Shown piece by piece: positions 1 through 9,579 of a DNA stretch of 64,000 bases (its first letter is position 1; the number at the start of each line of letters is the position of its first letter). The stretch is from a virus. The position numbers were made by a program, and so were the translations under genes. Where the stretch lies: IMG/VR virus record IMGVR_UViG_3300037423_000600, positions 41,102-105,101 of that record. One strand, 5' to 3'. The notes below the pieces were generated by a model that was not told the DNA's origin, did not search any database, and saw only the letters and a list, made by a program, of their open reading frames with translations.

Positions 1-1
1 T

Positions 2-1330
2 CTGCTGGCGAAGATGATTCCGGATATGTACGAATTGAAGATGTATGCTAAAGGGTTCTGGGTGGGGATTTTTGCTCCTTCTAATGAGCAGGCGTATACG
101 GCGTTTACGCGGGTGCGGGAGAAAATACGGCACGGGAATGCGAAGGCGATTATGAATGACCCGGAGATTGATACGGATTTTGAGAATGAGAAAGGGAACC
201 CGATGCTGTTGACGAATGGGTCGTTGTGTCGGATGCAGTCGGCGGCGAAGCAATCCCAGATTGAGTCGAAGTCCTATCACATGGTACTGATTGACGAATG
301 TCAGGATGTCGATAATACGAAAATCAAGAAATCGATTCACCCGATGTTGGCGGCGTATAACGGACTCATTATTAAAATCGGGACCTCGAATACGAAGAAG
401 TCGGACTTCTATGATGCGATACGGCGGAATATCCGGCAGGAGCAGAATTACGGGGCGAAGCAGAATCACTTCCAATATGACTATAAGACGGTGCAGAAAT
501 ACAATCCAAAATATAAGGCTTACATAGAGAAAGAGATTACGCGGCTTGGGTTTGATTCGGACGAATTTCGGATGGCGTATCGGCTCCACTTCATTCTGGA
601 CCGGGGGATGTTTATTACGCAGGAGGATTTTGATGATATCCTAGTCTCTCCGGTGTTGAAGCACAAGACCGAGGAAATGTCGATGCCGTGTGCGGTCGGG
701 ATTGACGTAGCGAAGAGTGGGGACTCAACGGTGGTGACGGTTTTAGGGGTCGATTGGAGCAACAAGTATAAGAATGAGGAAACCGGGGAAGAAATCCCGA
801 TGAAGTATGTGCTGAACTGGCTGGAGTTACAGGATGAGAAGCACGAGGCGCAGTTCTGGCAAATTGTGGATTTCCTTAAAAACTATAACGTCCATACGAT
901 CTTCGTAGATTCGACGGGGATGGGGGACCCGGTGGCGGACCGTTTTGCGCATTACTATTCCGGTCAGTGTCACGTCGAAGGGTACCAGTTTACCCGGCCG
1001 TCGAAATCGACCATGTGGAAGTCGTTGAAACAGGAGATTGACGGGAACCGCCTAAAGGTGCCGGGCCATCCCCGGGCGCAACGGTTACGGCCCTTTATGA
1101 AATTCCGGTCGCAAATGCTCGACTTGGAGAAGGATTACGTGGGGCAATACATGGTCTGTCAGCATCCGGATGTCAAAGGGGCACACGATGACTATTGCGA
1201 CTCTTTAGGGCTGGCGAATTTGGCGGCGATGTCGAACTTTATGCCGGAAGTCGAGGAACATGACAGTCCATTTTATCCGCATAGCCGGACCTCGGTGGAG
1301 GAAAAACTGTTCGGGCGACGGAGGGCGTAG
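2..1330 (+). CDS. terL: Terminase large subunit (5'-truncated)
   Basis: Walker B VLIDECQD; RuvC-like nuclease motifs GIDVAKSGDSTV, VDSTGMGD, HDDYCDSL; frame is open to the window edge; lies upstream of portal. Confidence 0.93.
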   Translation: MLAKMIPDMYELKMYAKGFWVGIFAPSNEQAYTAFTRVREKIRHGNAKAIMNDPEIDTDFENEKGNPMLLTNGSLCRMQSAAKQSQIESKSYHMVLIDECQDVDNTKIKKSIHPMLAAYNGLIIKIGTSNTKKSDFYDAIRRNIRQEQNYGAKQNHFQYDYKTVQKYNPKYKAYIEKEITRLGFDSDEFRMAYRLHFILDRGMFITQEDFDDILVSPVLKHKTEEMSMPCAVGIDVAKSGDSTVVTVLGVDWSNKYKNEETGEEIPMKYVLNWLELQDEKHEAQFWQIVDFLKNYNVHTIFVDSTGMGDPVADRFAHYYSGQCHVEGYQFTRPSKSTMWKSLKQEIDGNRLKVPGHPRAQRLRPFMKFRSQMLDLEKDYVGQYMVCQHPDVKGAHDDYCDSLGLANLAAMSNFMPEVEEHDSPFYPHSRTSVEEKLFGRRRA

Positions 1331-1333
1331 GCT

Positions 1334-1519
1334 ATGGGAATCTGGATAGGGCGGGGATGTCCATTTACGAACTGCATCCATAATACCGGGAAGGATGAAG
1401 GGCTGGCTCCAAGTAAACGGAAGCGGTGCCGGAAGCGGAAACCTCGGATGTTAAATGAGGATGACGATAAGAAACGGTACTGTCTGGATGAAGTGGATTA
1501 CCGGGATTTTAATAAGTAG
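1334..1519 (+). CDS. Small Cys-rich hypothetical protein
   Basis: Starts 3 nt after the terminase stop; C-x4-C plus two further Cys. Confidence 0.5.
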   Translation: MGIWIGRGCPFTNCIHNTGKDEGLAPSKRKRCRKRKPRMLNEDDDKKRYCLDEVDYRDFNK

Positions 1520-1566
1520 GAATCACCCACCCTTAAACGTGGATATAATGGGAAGGAGGAAAGGGG

Positions 1567-1776
1567 ATGTATACGGTGGCTTATATGATTACAGGAATCG
1601 GCGCGTTTGGTATTACGCTTTTGGCTATCCTTCTCGGAATATTAAACTCGGGTACTGCGTTCCTTCTGGTATCGGCGGCGGGGCTTATATTCGGGCTCGG
1701 CGGGGCATTGGCGGCGGCCTCCGGTTCGGCTTTAGCCATATTTATTTTAGCAATTCTTATGGCTGTGTTCGTATAA
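1567..1776 (+). CDS. Small membrane protein
   Basis: RBS GGAGG; 69 aa, almost wholly hydrophobic. Confidence 0.7.
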   Translation: MYTVAYMITGIGAFGITLLAILLGILNSGTAFLLVSAAGLIFGLGGALAAASGSALAIFILAILMAVFV

Positions 1777-1782
1777 GTTTGG

Positions 1783-1864
1783 TTGTGATTTCCATATCCT
1801 CATGTTATATTGTGGACAGGCACAGGTATTCTACTCCCAAGGGTGGATGACTTGTGTCTTTTTA
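1783..1864 (+). promoter_or_regulatory. SigA-like promoter followed directly by a terminator hairpin
   Basis: TTGTGA-17-TATATT with TG extension, then GGCACAGG..CTTGTGTC stem and T tract. Confidence 0.45.
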
Positions 1865-1884
1865 TGTATAAAGGAGGGGTTACT

Positions 1885-2139
1885 ATGCGAAATGCTACAT
1901 TAACCGTGAGCGGTACAGTTGTAGGGTTGACGGGGATTCCGGCCAACGTTTCTAAAGCGTTGATTTCTACGGAGTCCGCAGACATTCGGTATTGGGTGGA
2001 CGGTTCGGACCCGGATACAACACACGGCCATTTGATTTCCGCCGGGAGTGCGTTTGAACTGGAAACCAAAGGCGAGGTTCTTAATTTCCGGGCGATTGCG
2101 GTAAGTGGTTCGGCCACTCTGCAAGTCTCCTATGCGTAA
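1885..2139 (+). CDS. Hypothetical beta-rich protein
   Basis: RBS AAGGAGG before ATG at 1885. Confidence 0.7.
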   Translation: MRNATLTVSGTVVGLTGIPANVSKALISTESADIRYWVDGSDPDTTHGHLISAGSAFELETKGEVLNFRAIAVSGSATLQVSYA

Positions 2140-2151
2140 GGAGGGATTCGG

Positions 2152-2805
2152 ATGCGTATTCTTCGTTCGGGAGGCTCCGGCGGTACGGCTTCTAAACCTT
2201 TAGAGGGTGTGAAGATTTTCTTTTGTGGGGATAGCATCACGGCAGGGACCAATGCCACGAAACCTTATCATCAATGGGTAGCGGAAGAAACCGGGGCTAC
2301 GGTGAAGTTTAATGGCTCCGGCGGCTCCGGCTATTGGACAGGCGACCCTTTGTATAATCGTTATACGGAATTTGTGTGGCAACGAGATTCGGCGGACGCG
2401 GATATCATTATTCTTTTTATGGGTACGAATGATTGGAGGTACCCGGACCCATTTAATCTTGGGGCCCTTGGGGATACGACTGTATCTACCTTTTATGGGG
2501 CGGTGGATGATGCCTTTAGTAAATTGGTTGCGAAGTATCCTTTCAAAAAGGTTGGGGTAATTACGCCGCTCCCTAGTGTAAATGCGTGGAATAACGCCCA
2601 CGGAGAACTAAAGCAAATTTCTGATGCTCTAATAGATGTTTCCGGTAAGTATTCGTTCCCTTCCTTGGACCTTTACCGTTCATCCAATCTCCATGTGTCG
2701 GATACATCCTTTATATCTACCTATATGGAGGACGGTTTACACATTAATGATTTGGGACACAAATTAATTACCCCGCCGATTACATCATTCGTCCTATCTA
2801 TTTAA
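2152..2805 (+). CDS. SGNH/GDSL hydrolase
   Basis: GDSIT, GTND and DGLH blocks. Confidence 0.9.
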   Translation: MRILRSGGSGGTASKPLEGVKIFFCGDSITAGTNATKPYHQWVAEETGATVKFNGSGGSGYWTGDPLYNRYTEFVWQRDSADADIIILFMGTNDWRYPDPFNLGALGDTTVSTFYGAVDDAFSKLVAKYPFKKVGVITPLPSVNAWNNAHGELKQISDALIDVSGKYSFPSLDLYRSSNLHVSDTSFISTYMEDGLHINDLGHKLITPPITSFVLSI

Positions 2806-2823
2806 AAATACTAGGTAAAAGTA

Positions 2824-2958
2824 TTGTATAAAAAGGAAGGACATGTTATTATGGTTATGAAGTACCTTTAACACTTATAACACATAATGCTCTCCTTCCT
2901 ATACACAGATCATACGAGGCACATTGATAACGCATAGTCGCTATCAGTGTGCCTTTTT
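2824..2958 (+). ncRNA. Candidate ~100-nt sRNA with anti-Shine-Dalgarno tract
   Basis: TTGTAT-17-TATTAT promoter; CTCTCCTTCCT tract; AGGCACATTGATA/TATCAGTGTGCCT terminator with T tract; no ORF. Confidence 0.55.
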
Positions 2959-3197
2959 CTGTGTTCGGCGGGCATTAAATAAACTGAAAGGGCGTGTTCT
3001 CCATGGCAGTTAACTCCACTAGCGGCGGTCGCTTGGGCGGCGGTGCTGGAAACAGCATCGGCAAACACTACACAAAGTCGGCTTCTGATGTACCGGGTGC
3101 TATGAAGTCGAACTTCTCCACAGGTCAAGGTATGGCAACCTCTCGCCAGCATCCGACCAACAAAAACCCTGATAACTCCAAGCACACTTCCTAATAA

Positions 3198-3482
3198 ATG
3201 GAAAACTTGGACGGTCAGGGTGGCTTCGTGGGTGGAGGGGTTCTCCCTCCTACTCCCGAAGATTACCGTAGAATGTGGGAACAGCAATCGAGGCAAATGA
3301 AACCGCAAGAATACGAGAGGGAGTCCGAAAAGAACAAGCGGGCGGCCCGGAGACAAGTCTTTCAGGAAGCTGTTCAACAGGCTGTAGCTGTCAAGGACTC
3401 GCGGTTGATTGATGTTTTCCACAATAATATCAATGTTTCCGAACCCAAGAAGGGCACAAAACGCGGAAAGAGAAAGGGGTAA
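3198..3482 (+). CDS. Hypothetical protein
   Basis: Packed directly upstream of portal. Confidence 0.6.
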   Translation: MENLDGQGGFVGGGVLPPTPEDYRRMWEQQSRQMKPQEYERESEKNKRAARRQVFQEAVQQAVAVKDSRLIDVFHNNINVSEPKKGTKRGKRKG

Positions 3483-3488
3483 TGGCTT

Positions 3489-5009
3489 ATGGCAGACCCG
3501 TATGTATCAGGGCTGAATGTCACCGAGACTACGGCTGTTTCAGGAAACCCCTACTCTCTCCAAATGGGTATCTCGTCCGAAGAACTAAAGCGCGTCAATC
3601 GGGAACTTCTTTACTGGAAGTTTTACAAGGGCATTCAATGGTCGTATAAACGGCCGGAGGGTGAACCGCAAAACACCATCAACTATTCCGCCCGCTTTGT
3701 GGACAAGGGTGTGGCTTTCCTTGCGGGGAAAGGCTTCACCATTAATGTTGAGAAAGGCGCGGAGGAAATTGTAAAGAAGCCTTTAGACGAAGTTTGGGAT
3801 GATAACCAGCGCGAATTGCTGTTCCTTGAAGCGGCTCAGGCCGGAGGGGTATCCGGAAATTCGTGGGTGAAGATTGTTGTCGAAGAGTACGATGAGGGTA
3901 AGCAACCTGTGATGGCAGACTTATACCCAAACGGACGAGTTCGGCTTTTACTTCTGCCCGGCCATGCATGTTTCCCAGAGTGGGACCCCCACGATAAGGA
4001 CCGTCTGGTAAAAATGAAAATCATCTATCCGATTGAGGTTAAGGACCTGAACGGCCGGATGGTGACGCATTGGTTCCGAGAAGAAATCGACGCGGATGAG
4101 ATTGTTCAGTTCCTTGATGACGAAGAAGTGGAACGGCGGCCGAATGACCTTAAGGAAATCCCGGTAGTCCGAATCAAGAACTTGGTTCTGGCTAACGAGT
4201 CTTTAGGGAAATCGGACCTTCATGACATCCTTCCTTTGCAGAAGGAGTTTAATGAAAAAACGACTGACGTTTCGGACATCATCAACTACCATGCCGCACC
4301 AATTACGCTGATTTTCGGCGCAAAGTCGAACAATCTGTCGAAAGGCGCGAATAAGGTATGGGGCGGGCTTCCTAAAGACGCGAAGGTCGAAAACTTGGAA
4401 CTGAAATCGGACTTGGCTTCTTCGATGAACTACATTGACCTGATTAAGAAGGCCCTGTTTGAAATCGGTAATATGCCACACGATGCTTTCGGTTCGGAGA
4501 CGAACGTTTCCAATACCTCCGGCGTGGCCCTTCATATTAAGAACCAACCCCTGATGGACATTACGAACATGAAACGTAAGACCTATGGGGAAGGGATTGA
4601 GCAGATTAACCGGATTATCATTCGGTACTTGTATCTGTATGGCCTCAACGGATTCGACAAGGCGAAATTCGATGCCTTAACTCCCCGGCAACGATGGGTG
4701 TACAGCACAGACTTCCCGAACCCGCTTCCGAAAGACGAGCTTATCCAGATGCAACTTATCGCTCAGAAGATTACTCTCCAACTCATGACTCGGATTGATG
4801 CACTCAAGGAATTGGGTGAACATGATGCGGTTACGAAGCTGGACGAGATTAAGAAGGAATTTATCGAGTGGCAGGATATGATGTTCGCTACGGCGGCGAA
4901 GTACGAAACCAACTCGAATGGAAATTCCACGCTTAAGCCGAAGCCTGCGGGTAAAACCAACGTGGGCGGCATAGTCCCGAAGTTTGAACAGGCAAACGGA
5001 GGCGCGTAA
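3489..5009 (+). CDS. Portal protein (SPP1 gp6-like)
   Basis: 506 aa; GKSDL..I..LQ.EFN and SGVAL motifs; position between terminase and head genes. Confidence 0.9.
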   Translation: MADPYVSGLNVTETTAVSGNPYSLQMGISSEELKRVNRELLYWKFYKGIQWSYKRPEGEPQNTINYSARFVDKGVAFLAGKGFTINVEKGAEEIVKKPLDEVWDDNQRELLFLEAAQAGGVSGNSWVKIVVEEYDEGKQPVMADLYPNGRVRLLLLPGHACFPEWDPHDKDRLVKMKIIYPIEVKDLNGRMVTHWFREEIDADEIVQFLDDEEVERRPNDLKEIPVVRIKNLVLANESLGKSDLHDILPLQKEFNEKTTDVSDIINYHAAPITLIFGAKSNNLSKGANKVWGGLPKDAKVENLELKSDLASSMNYIDLIKKALFEIGNMPHDAFGSETNVSNTSGVALHIKNQPLMDITNMKRKTYGEGIEQINRIIIRYLYLYGLNGFDKAKFDALTPRQRWVYSTDFPNPLPKDELIQMQLIAQKITLQLMTRIDALKELGEHDAVTKLDEIKKEFIEWQDMMFATAAKYETNSNGNSTLKPKPAGKTNVGGIVPKFEQANGGA

Positions 5010-5010
5010 G

Positions 5011-5763
5011 ATGGACAACCCTATGGCCCATTACATCCGGCAAGTAGTCTCGGCTTACATGAAGCTTCTTTCACAGTACGGGGACAGGGCGATTTTACCG
5101 CTAAAGAATGTGGAGCGGGTGACGGCCTTTAATACAGGATTCCTCACCGTGCATTACACGAAGTTGGCTAAGGAATTGGGTGACAAAACCCGGTCGTTTA
5201 TCGTTGAGGCGGTGGATGAAGTCATTCAGGCAACCATCAACCACTACAACGAACTCCACCGGAAGGCGGGGTATGAGCCTTTAGACGGAAAAGCCAAGGA
5301 CAAGCTTTGGGGTAGAATCCGAAAAGATTTTCTCCTTGCAAAGTTCAAAAGGCGGACGCTGGATGCGCGGGTGGACAATGCAACTATCCGGTTAATGGCA
5401 AATATCCTTCCCATCATTCAAACCTACGCCACGGCCTCGACAGACCACGACAGGGCTATTGCTACCATGGTGGATTACTTCACAGGAACCCACCCCATCC
5501 CGGGCGGGACGGCGGCAAGGTGGAACGGAAGGCTCTTAACTTCCGAACTCTTTAGGGCCTACCAATTCACGGCCAAACAAGTGCTGATGGAGTTAAAAGT
5601 CCCTAAGGTGAAATGGGTAAATACAGACCGACACACAGAAGAAAACATTACTGATGAATACGCCGCAACTACATACACCCCCAGACAACTCCCGCGTTAC
5701 CCATACCCTTGCAATGATTCATTCTTTGTACCCATTTATAAGGAGGAACTGGACAATGCTTAA
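5011..5763 (+). CDS. Head morphogenesis / minor head protein (MuF-like)
   Basis: Follows portal; RLLTSELFRAY and YPYPCN resemble degenerate MuF motifs. Confidence 0.6.
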   Translation: MDNPMAHYIRQVVSAYMKLLSQYGDRAILPLKNVERVTAFNTGFLTVHYTKLAKELGDKTRSFIVEAVDEVIQATINHYNELHRKAGYEPLDGKAKDKLWGRIRKDFLLAKFKRRTLDARVDNATIRLMANILPIIQTYATASTDHDRAIATMVDYFTGTHPIPGGTAARWNGRLLTSELFRAYQFTAKQVLMELKVPKVKWVNTDRHTEENITDEYAATTYTPRQLPRYPYPCNDSFFVPIYKEELDNA

Positions 5764-6583
5764 GTCTTTCGACACTTACAAACAACCATACAAAGCAAAA
5801 TACCCGTTGCCGCTTAACCTTCAATTATTTGCAGAGGAGACGGACCCTCCTCAGGACCCTCCTGCAGACCCGCCGCAGGACCCTCCGGCTCCGAACCCGG
5901 CTCCGGCCACCATTACGGTAGAGCAAGTCATCGCGTTTCTTGGAAACGCAAAAGCGGACCTCTTGTTCAAGATTCCGTCCGTTAAGTCTTTAGTGGAACA
6001 TGCACGTTCCGAAGAGAAAGACAAGGTTTACAAGCAACTCAATGCTAAAGAGGATAAAATCAAAGACCTCGAAAAGCAACTTAAGGAAGCTCAAGACGCT
6101 CTCGATGCGAGGGCGAACGAGAATCTCGGTGAGCAAGACATCCTGCAACGTCAGGTAAAGGCTCTCCAAGACCAAGTAAAATTACTCACGGATTCAATCG
6201 AAGCGGAGCGGGCGGCGGCGGAGGCCGACAAGCGCAAGGCTACGTTTGAAGCATATAAGGAACGCAAACTCCGTGAACTGGCAGAAGCGAAAACGGAATA
6301 CCTTCCTGACTTGCTTGGCGGCGAAACCGAAGAAGAATTTGACGCATCAGTACAAAAGGCCATTGTCCGGTATGCAGAACTGAAAGCGGCTATGCTGGCT
6401 AATCAACCTGCTCCGGCTCCTGCCAAACCACCTAAACCTAGCACACCTTCTGTGACTAACCCTCCGGGGTCCAGCACCAAGCAACTGACGGCGGCGGAAA
6501 TCCGTAATCTCCCTCCGGCGGAGTATGCAAAACATCGCGAACGCATTTTAGCGGAAGCGAGAACAGGTAATCTCGACAAATAA
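5756..6583 (+). CDS. Capsid scaffolding protein
   Basis: RBS AAGGAGG; LNLQLFAE motif, DPPQDPP repeats, long coiled coil; directly before capsid gene. Confidence 0.85.
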   Translation: MLKSFDTYKQPYKAKYPLPLNLQLFAEETDPPQDPPADPPQDPPAPNPAPATITVEQVIAFLGNAKADLLFKIPSVKSLVEHARSEEKDKVYKQLNAKEDKIKDLEKQLKEAQDALDARANENLGEQDILQRQVKALQDQVKLLTDSIEAERAAAEADKRKATFEAYKERKLRELAEAKTEYLPDLLGGETEEEFDASVQKAIVRYAELKAAMLANQPAPAPAKPPKPSTPSVTNPPGSSTKQLTAAEIRNLPPAEYAKHRERILAEARTGNLDK

Positions 6584-6610
6584 TCTCACCGATAAAGGGA
6601 GGAATTAACG

Positions 6611-7495
6611 ATGGCTACTACAATGACATCTAACCTGACTCAGACTATCTTGGACGTATATTCCAAGGAGATTGAGTTCCATGCTCAACCCGTACTGCGT
6701 TTTGCTCAATTCGCGGTAACAAAAACGGACCTGAATGGTCAAGCGGGCCTTAAGGTCAAAATGACCATTTACAACAACCTGACAATGGGCGGTAAGCTGA
6801 CTGAGGGAACACCTATCAGCACTCAAGCCCTCAGCACAACTCAAAAGGAAATTGAGGTAACTGAATGGGGTAACGCAATCGCCGTTACTGAACTGTTACT
6901 TCAAGCATCCTTTGACGATGTAATGGCTTCCGGTGCTAAACTGCTGGGTATCGACTACGCTAAGACTCTGGATACGGCCCTCCGCGATGTGGCTCTGACT
7001 TGTACTCAAGTGGTTTACGCAGGTTCCCGCACCGCCCGTAACCAACTGGCGGCAGGCGACCTCATCACAGGTAAGGAAATCAAGGACGGTGTAGAAGTTC
7101 TGTCTACCAACAATGTGGGTAAGTACAACAACGACTACTACGTTACTTTCATCCACCCTCACCACGCTCGCGGTATCCGTGACGACAACGAGTTCCAAAA
7201 CGTAACGGCTTACGGCAAGCAGTACGCTGGTGAAATCGGCCGTATCCACGATGTAATCTTCATCGAGACTACACAAATGCCGATTCTGGATGGCGCGGGT
7301 GCTGGCGGAACTGTTGACGTATACCAAGCTCTGATGTTTGGCGAGAACGCCTACGGTTTGGCAATCGCCCTTCCGGTTGAAATGCGTGACGGCGGCATCG
7401 AGGACTTCGGCCGCGTACACAAGCTGGCGTGGTACTCCATCTTCGGAGTAGACATTCTCCAAGATGTGAACTTGGTTCGTATCGAAACTGCCTAA
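6611..7495 (+). CDS. Major capsid protein (N4 gp56-like)
   Basis: LTEG.PI, EWGNAI.VT, IHP, GEIG.I.DV.FIET, DFGR..KLAWY motifs; codon usage of a highly expressed gene. Confidence 0.92.
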   Translation: MATTMTSNLTQTILDVYSKEIEFHAQPVLRFAQFAVTKTDLNGQAGLKVKMTIYNNLTMGGKLTEGTPISTQALSTTQKEIEVTEWGNAIAVTELLLQASFDDVMASGAKLLGIDYAKTLDTALRDVALTCTQVVYAGSRTARNQLAAGDLITGKEIKDGVEVLSTNNVGKYNNDYYVTFIHPHHARGIRDDNEFQNVTAYGKQYAGEIGRIHDVIFIETTQMPILDGAGAGGTVDVYQALMFGENAYGLAIALPVEMRDGGIEDFGRVHKLAWYSIFGVDILQDVNLVRIETA

Positions 7496-7508
7496 TATTG
7501 ACTTCCTT

Positions 7509-7620
7509 TAGACCTACCTTGGACAAGCTTCTGAGGTAGGTCTACTTAAGACTCTTAAGGAGTTCCTACTTAAGAATCTAAAGGAACAAAATAAAGGGTT
7601 AAATAAAACTAAAACATTGT
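7509..7620 (+). repeat. Inverted repeat + two TACTTAAGA..CT.AAGGA repeats + AT-rich tract (copy 1)
   Basis: Closely similar to 36035-36114. Confidence 0.8.
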
Positions 7621-7684
7621 TGATGGCTTGTATCCAAACTACCCATTGCCAATGTTTCATCCTTCTAACGGGGAGTGATTAACC

Positions 7685-7864
7685 ATGATGAACAAATTCA
7701 AGGAGATTGTCGATAAGGTCGCGGCTCTCGTAAATAAGAAAGGCGTAGCAGGAAACATCGCTGTAGCGGCCGGAGCTACTCCAACCAAGGCGGAGTTTGA
7801 CGCGTTGGTGGCGGACTACAACAAATTGGTTGCCGCTCTGAAATCCAAAGACGCTAACGCGTAA
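7685..7864 (+). CDS. 59-aa head fibre/decoration-like protein (absent from ORF track)
   Basis: RBS GGGGAGTG; MMNKFKE...GATPTKAEFDALVADYNKLVAALK. Confidence 0.7.
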   Translation: MMNKFKEIVDKVAALVNKKGVAGNIAVAAGATPTKAEFDALVADYNKLVAALKSKDANA

Positions 7865-7900
7865 TTCGGCTTTAGGCCAAAATTCTAGGAGGTATTCCCT

Positions 7901-8215
7901 ATGTCCGAACAAGATAAAGTAAACACGGAAAACACCCAAGAGCAGACTCAAACCCCTGATGCTTCGGCTCCGGCCCCGGCTCCCGAGGCTTCAACTCCGG
8001 AAGGCGGAAAAGCTAAAGGCAAAGCAAAAGAGGCGGCTGTAGCGGCTCCTCAAGAACCTATCGTTCTGGAAGATAAGTATGTTACGGTTAAGTCCAAAAT
8101 CACAGGCCGACGTTATATTGGTGCAGGGTGGCTGTCTCTTGAAAAAGACAAGGAACTCAAGGTCACCGTGGACCAAAAGCGTTGCTTGCTGGAGGCGGGC
8201 GCAATCTACCTGTAA
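7901..8215 (+). CDS. Hypothetical head-associated protein
   Basis: RBS AGGAGG; position in head module. Confidence 0.7.
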   Translation: MSEQDKVNTENTQEQTQTPDASAPAPAPEASTPEGGKAKGKAKEAAVAAPQEPIVLEDKYVTVKSKITGRRYIGAGWLSLEKDKELKVTVDQKRCLLEAGAIYL

Positions 8216-8229
8216 GGTGGTGAACCCCG

Positions 8230-8649
8230 ATGGCTACTCTCATTGATTTGAGAGGCCAATTAGCCGAGGACGTTCAGCCTTCCAATCCGGCGGCCAAGTT
8301 GTCTGATGGACAACTGGATAGGGCTATTAAGTACGCTTTAGCCAAGTATGATTCTTCTCTGGAGATTGAGGACTTGGATGAAGCACAGCAACTTGCGGTC
8401 CTGACCGGAGCGGCGGCCAAATGCTACTGGCTACTGGCTACGAAGTACGCCGAGGGGATGCAGGTCGAGATTGAGAACGATAAGTTCTTCAATGAGCAAC
8501 CCTTCGAGCATTATATCAAGCTGGCTAAAGAATTGGACGGGGCCTTTGCGGAATCGTGCGGTGGGGCGACGATTGAGGTATCTACCCTTCGTCGGCGGAG
8601 TTTACGGACGGGCCAAATCGTCCCATTACCTCCGGGTGAAACTCAATGA
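8230..8649 (+). CDS. Head-tail adaptor
   Basis: Helical, 139 aa; synteny. Confidence 0.65.
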   Translation: MATLIDLRGQLAEDVQPSNPAAKLSDGQLDRAIKYALAKYDSSLEIEDLDEAQQLAVLTGAAAKCYWLLATKYAEGMQVEIENDKFFNEQPFEHYIKLAKELDGAFAESCGGATIEVSTLRRRSLRTGQIVPLPPGETQ

Positions 8650-9080
8650 TTCCTTTCAATAGGGTGATGATTGAAACCTCCATGGACCGAACCTACAAGG
8701 CCCTCCAATCTACGGTCGGTATTGCGAAGCTTTCCGCCTCTACGGGGCAGGGGAATCTCTACGGAGAAATCAAGTACCCGAAGTTTGACCCTCCTGTAGA
8801 GTTCAATGCCCATACAACCCTTAACCCTTCGGAGGAAAAGCTGTCCGAACTCGGATGGCAGAAAGATGATGTGGAACTGGTTATCCGGGTGCCGCACATT
8901 ATTCTTCGAGGCGTGGGGCTGGCGGAGGAAACCGGGGAACTGAACTTCAATTCAGACGCTCGGGTGGTGGTCGGCGGGCGGTCATATGAGATATGCAAGA
9001 TTCATATGAAGGAGCCCTTCCTGCTAAACATCCCGGCTTTAGTTTGGATAGGAGGGAGGAATCCCAATGGTCATGCTTAA
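8646..9080 (+). CDS. Head closure protein
   Basis: ATGA overlap; beta-rich 'VVVGGRSYEI'; synteny. Confidence 0.6.
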   Translation: MIPFNRVMIETSMDRTYKALQSTVGIAKLSASTGQGNLYGEIKYPKFDPPVEFNAHTTLNPSEEKLSELGWQKDDVELVIRVPHIILRGVGLAEETGELNFNSDARVVVGGRSYEICKIHMKEPFLLNIPALVWIGGRNPNGHA

Positions 9081-9579
9081 GAATTGGAACACGGCAGGTC
9101 ATCTTTTGGAGGCTACGGCCGAGAGGTTTAATAAGCGGGTAGATGCGGTACTGATGAAGAACGCCAAGCTGTACAAGGAGGCCATCCTCCAACTGATTGA
9201 ACAAGGGGACCCTTCGTGGGAACCCAAGAGTGACCGTCAGGAATATGAGTCCGGTACCGATAAGCTGTTTATCGGGGCAACGGGAACGTTCTACTCCAAT
9301 TTGGACCATAAAGGTATCCGCCGGGTACGGGCTGGGGCCGGGGAGAAACGGATATATGTCGGAGCCCGATATGATATCCGCCACGACCCTTCCAATATGA
9401 GTATGGAGCGGATAGCTGAAATCCTTCAAAACACCCCTTATGGTGGTGCCCGTGACCTGTTTGGCCCGGCATGGGAGAGGGTAAAAGGTCAGGTAGCGGC
9501 CAATCTTGCGAAAATGAACGTGGGCTTAAATGATACAGACGGAAGGGGCGGCGGAGACGATGGCGATATGGATTCCTGA
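9067..9579 (+). CDS. Neck / tail completion protein
   Basis: LFIGATG and ARDLFGPAWE resemble HK97 gp10-like motifs. Confidence 0.6.
   Translation: MVMLKNWNTAGHLLEATAERFNKRVDAVLMKNAKLYKEAILQLIEQGDPSWEPKSDRQEYESGTDKLFIGATGTFYSNLDHKGIRRVRAGAGEKRIYVGARYDIRHDPSNMSMERIAEILQNTPYGGARDLFGPAWERVKGQVAANLAKMNVGLNDTDGRGGGDDGDMDS

Noticed and set aside
1-1520. G/T-rich codon usage in the terminase region
   Set aside because: Visible by eye but not quantified; it cannot be interpreted without upstream sequence
2137-2152. In-frame stop read-through fusing ORF 1885 to the SGNH gene
   Set aside because: The stop is TAA and the 12-nt gap holds a strong RBS, so independent initiation explains it
2994-3194. 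66-aa low-complexity ORF
   Set aside because: Weak RBS, uncertain start and no motif; may be real but cannot be supported as a feature
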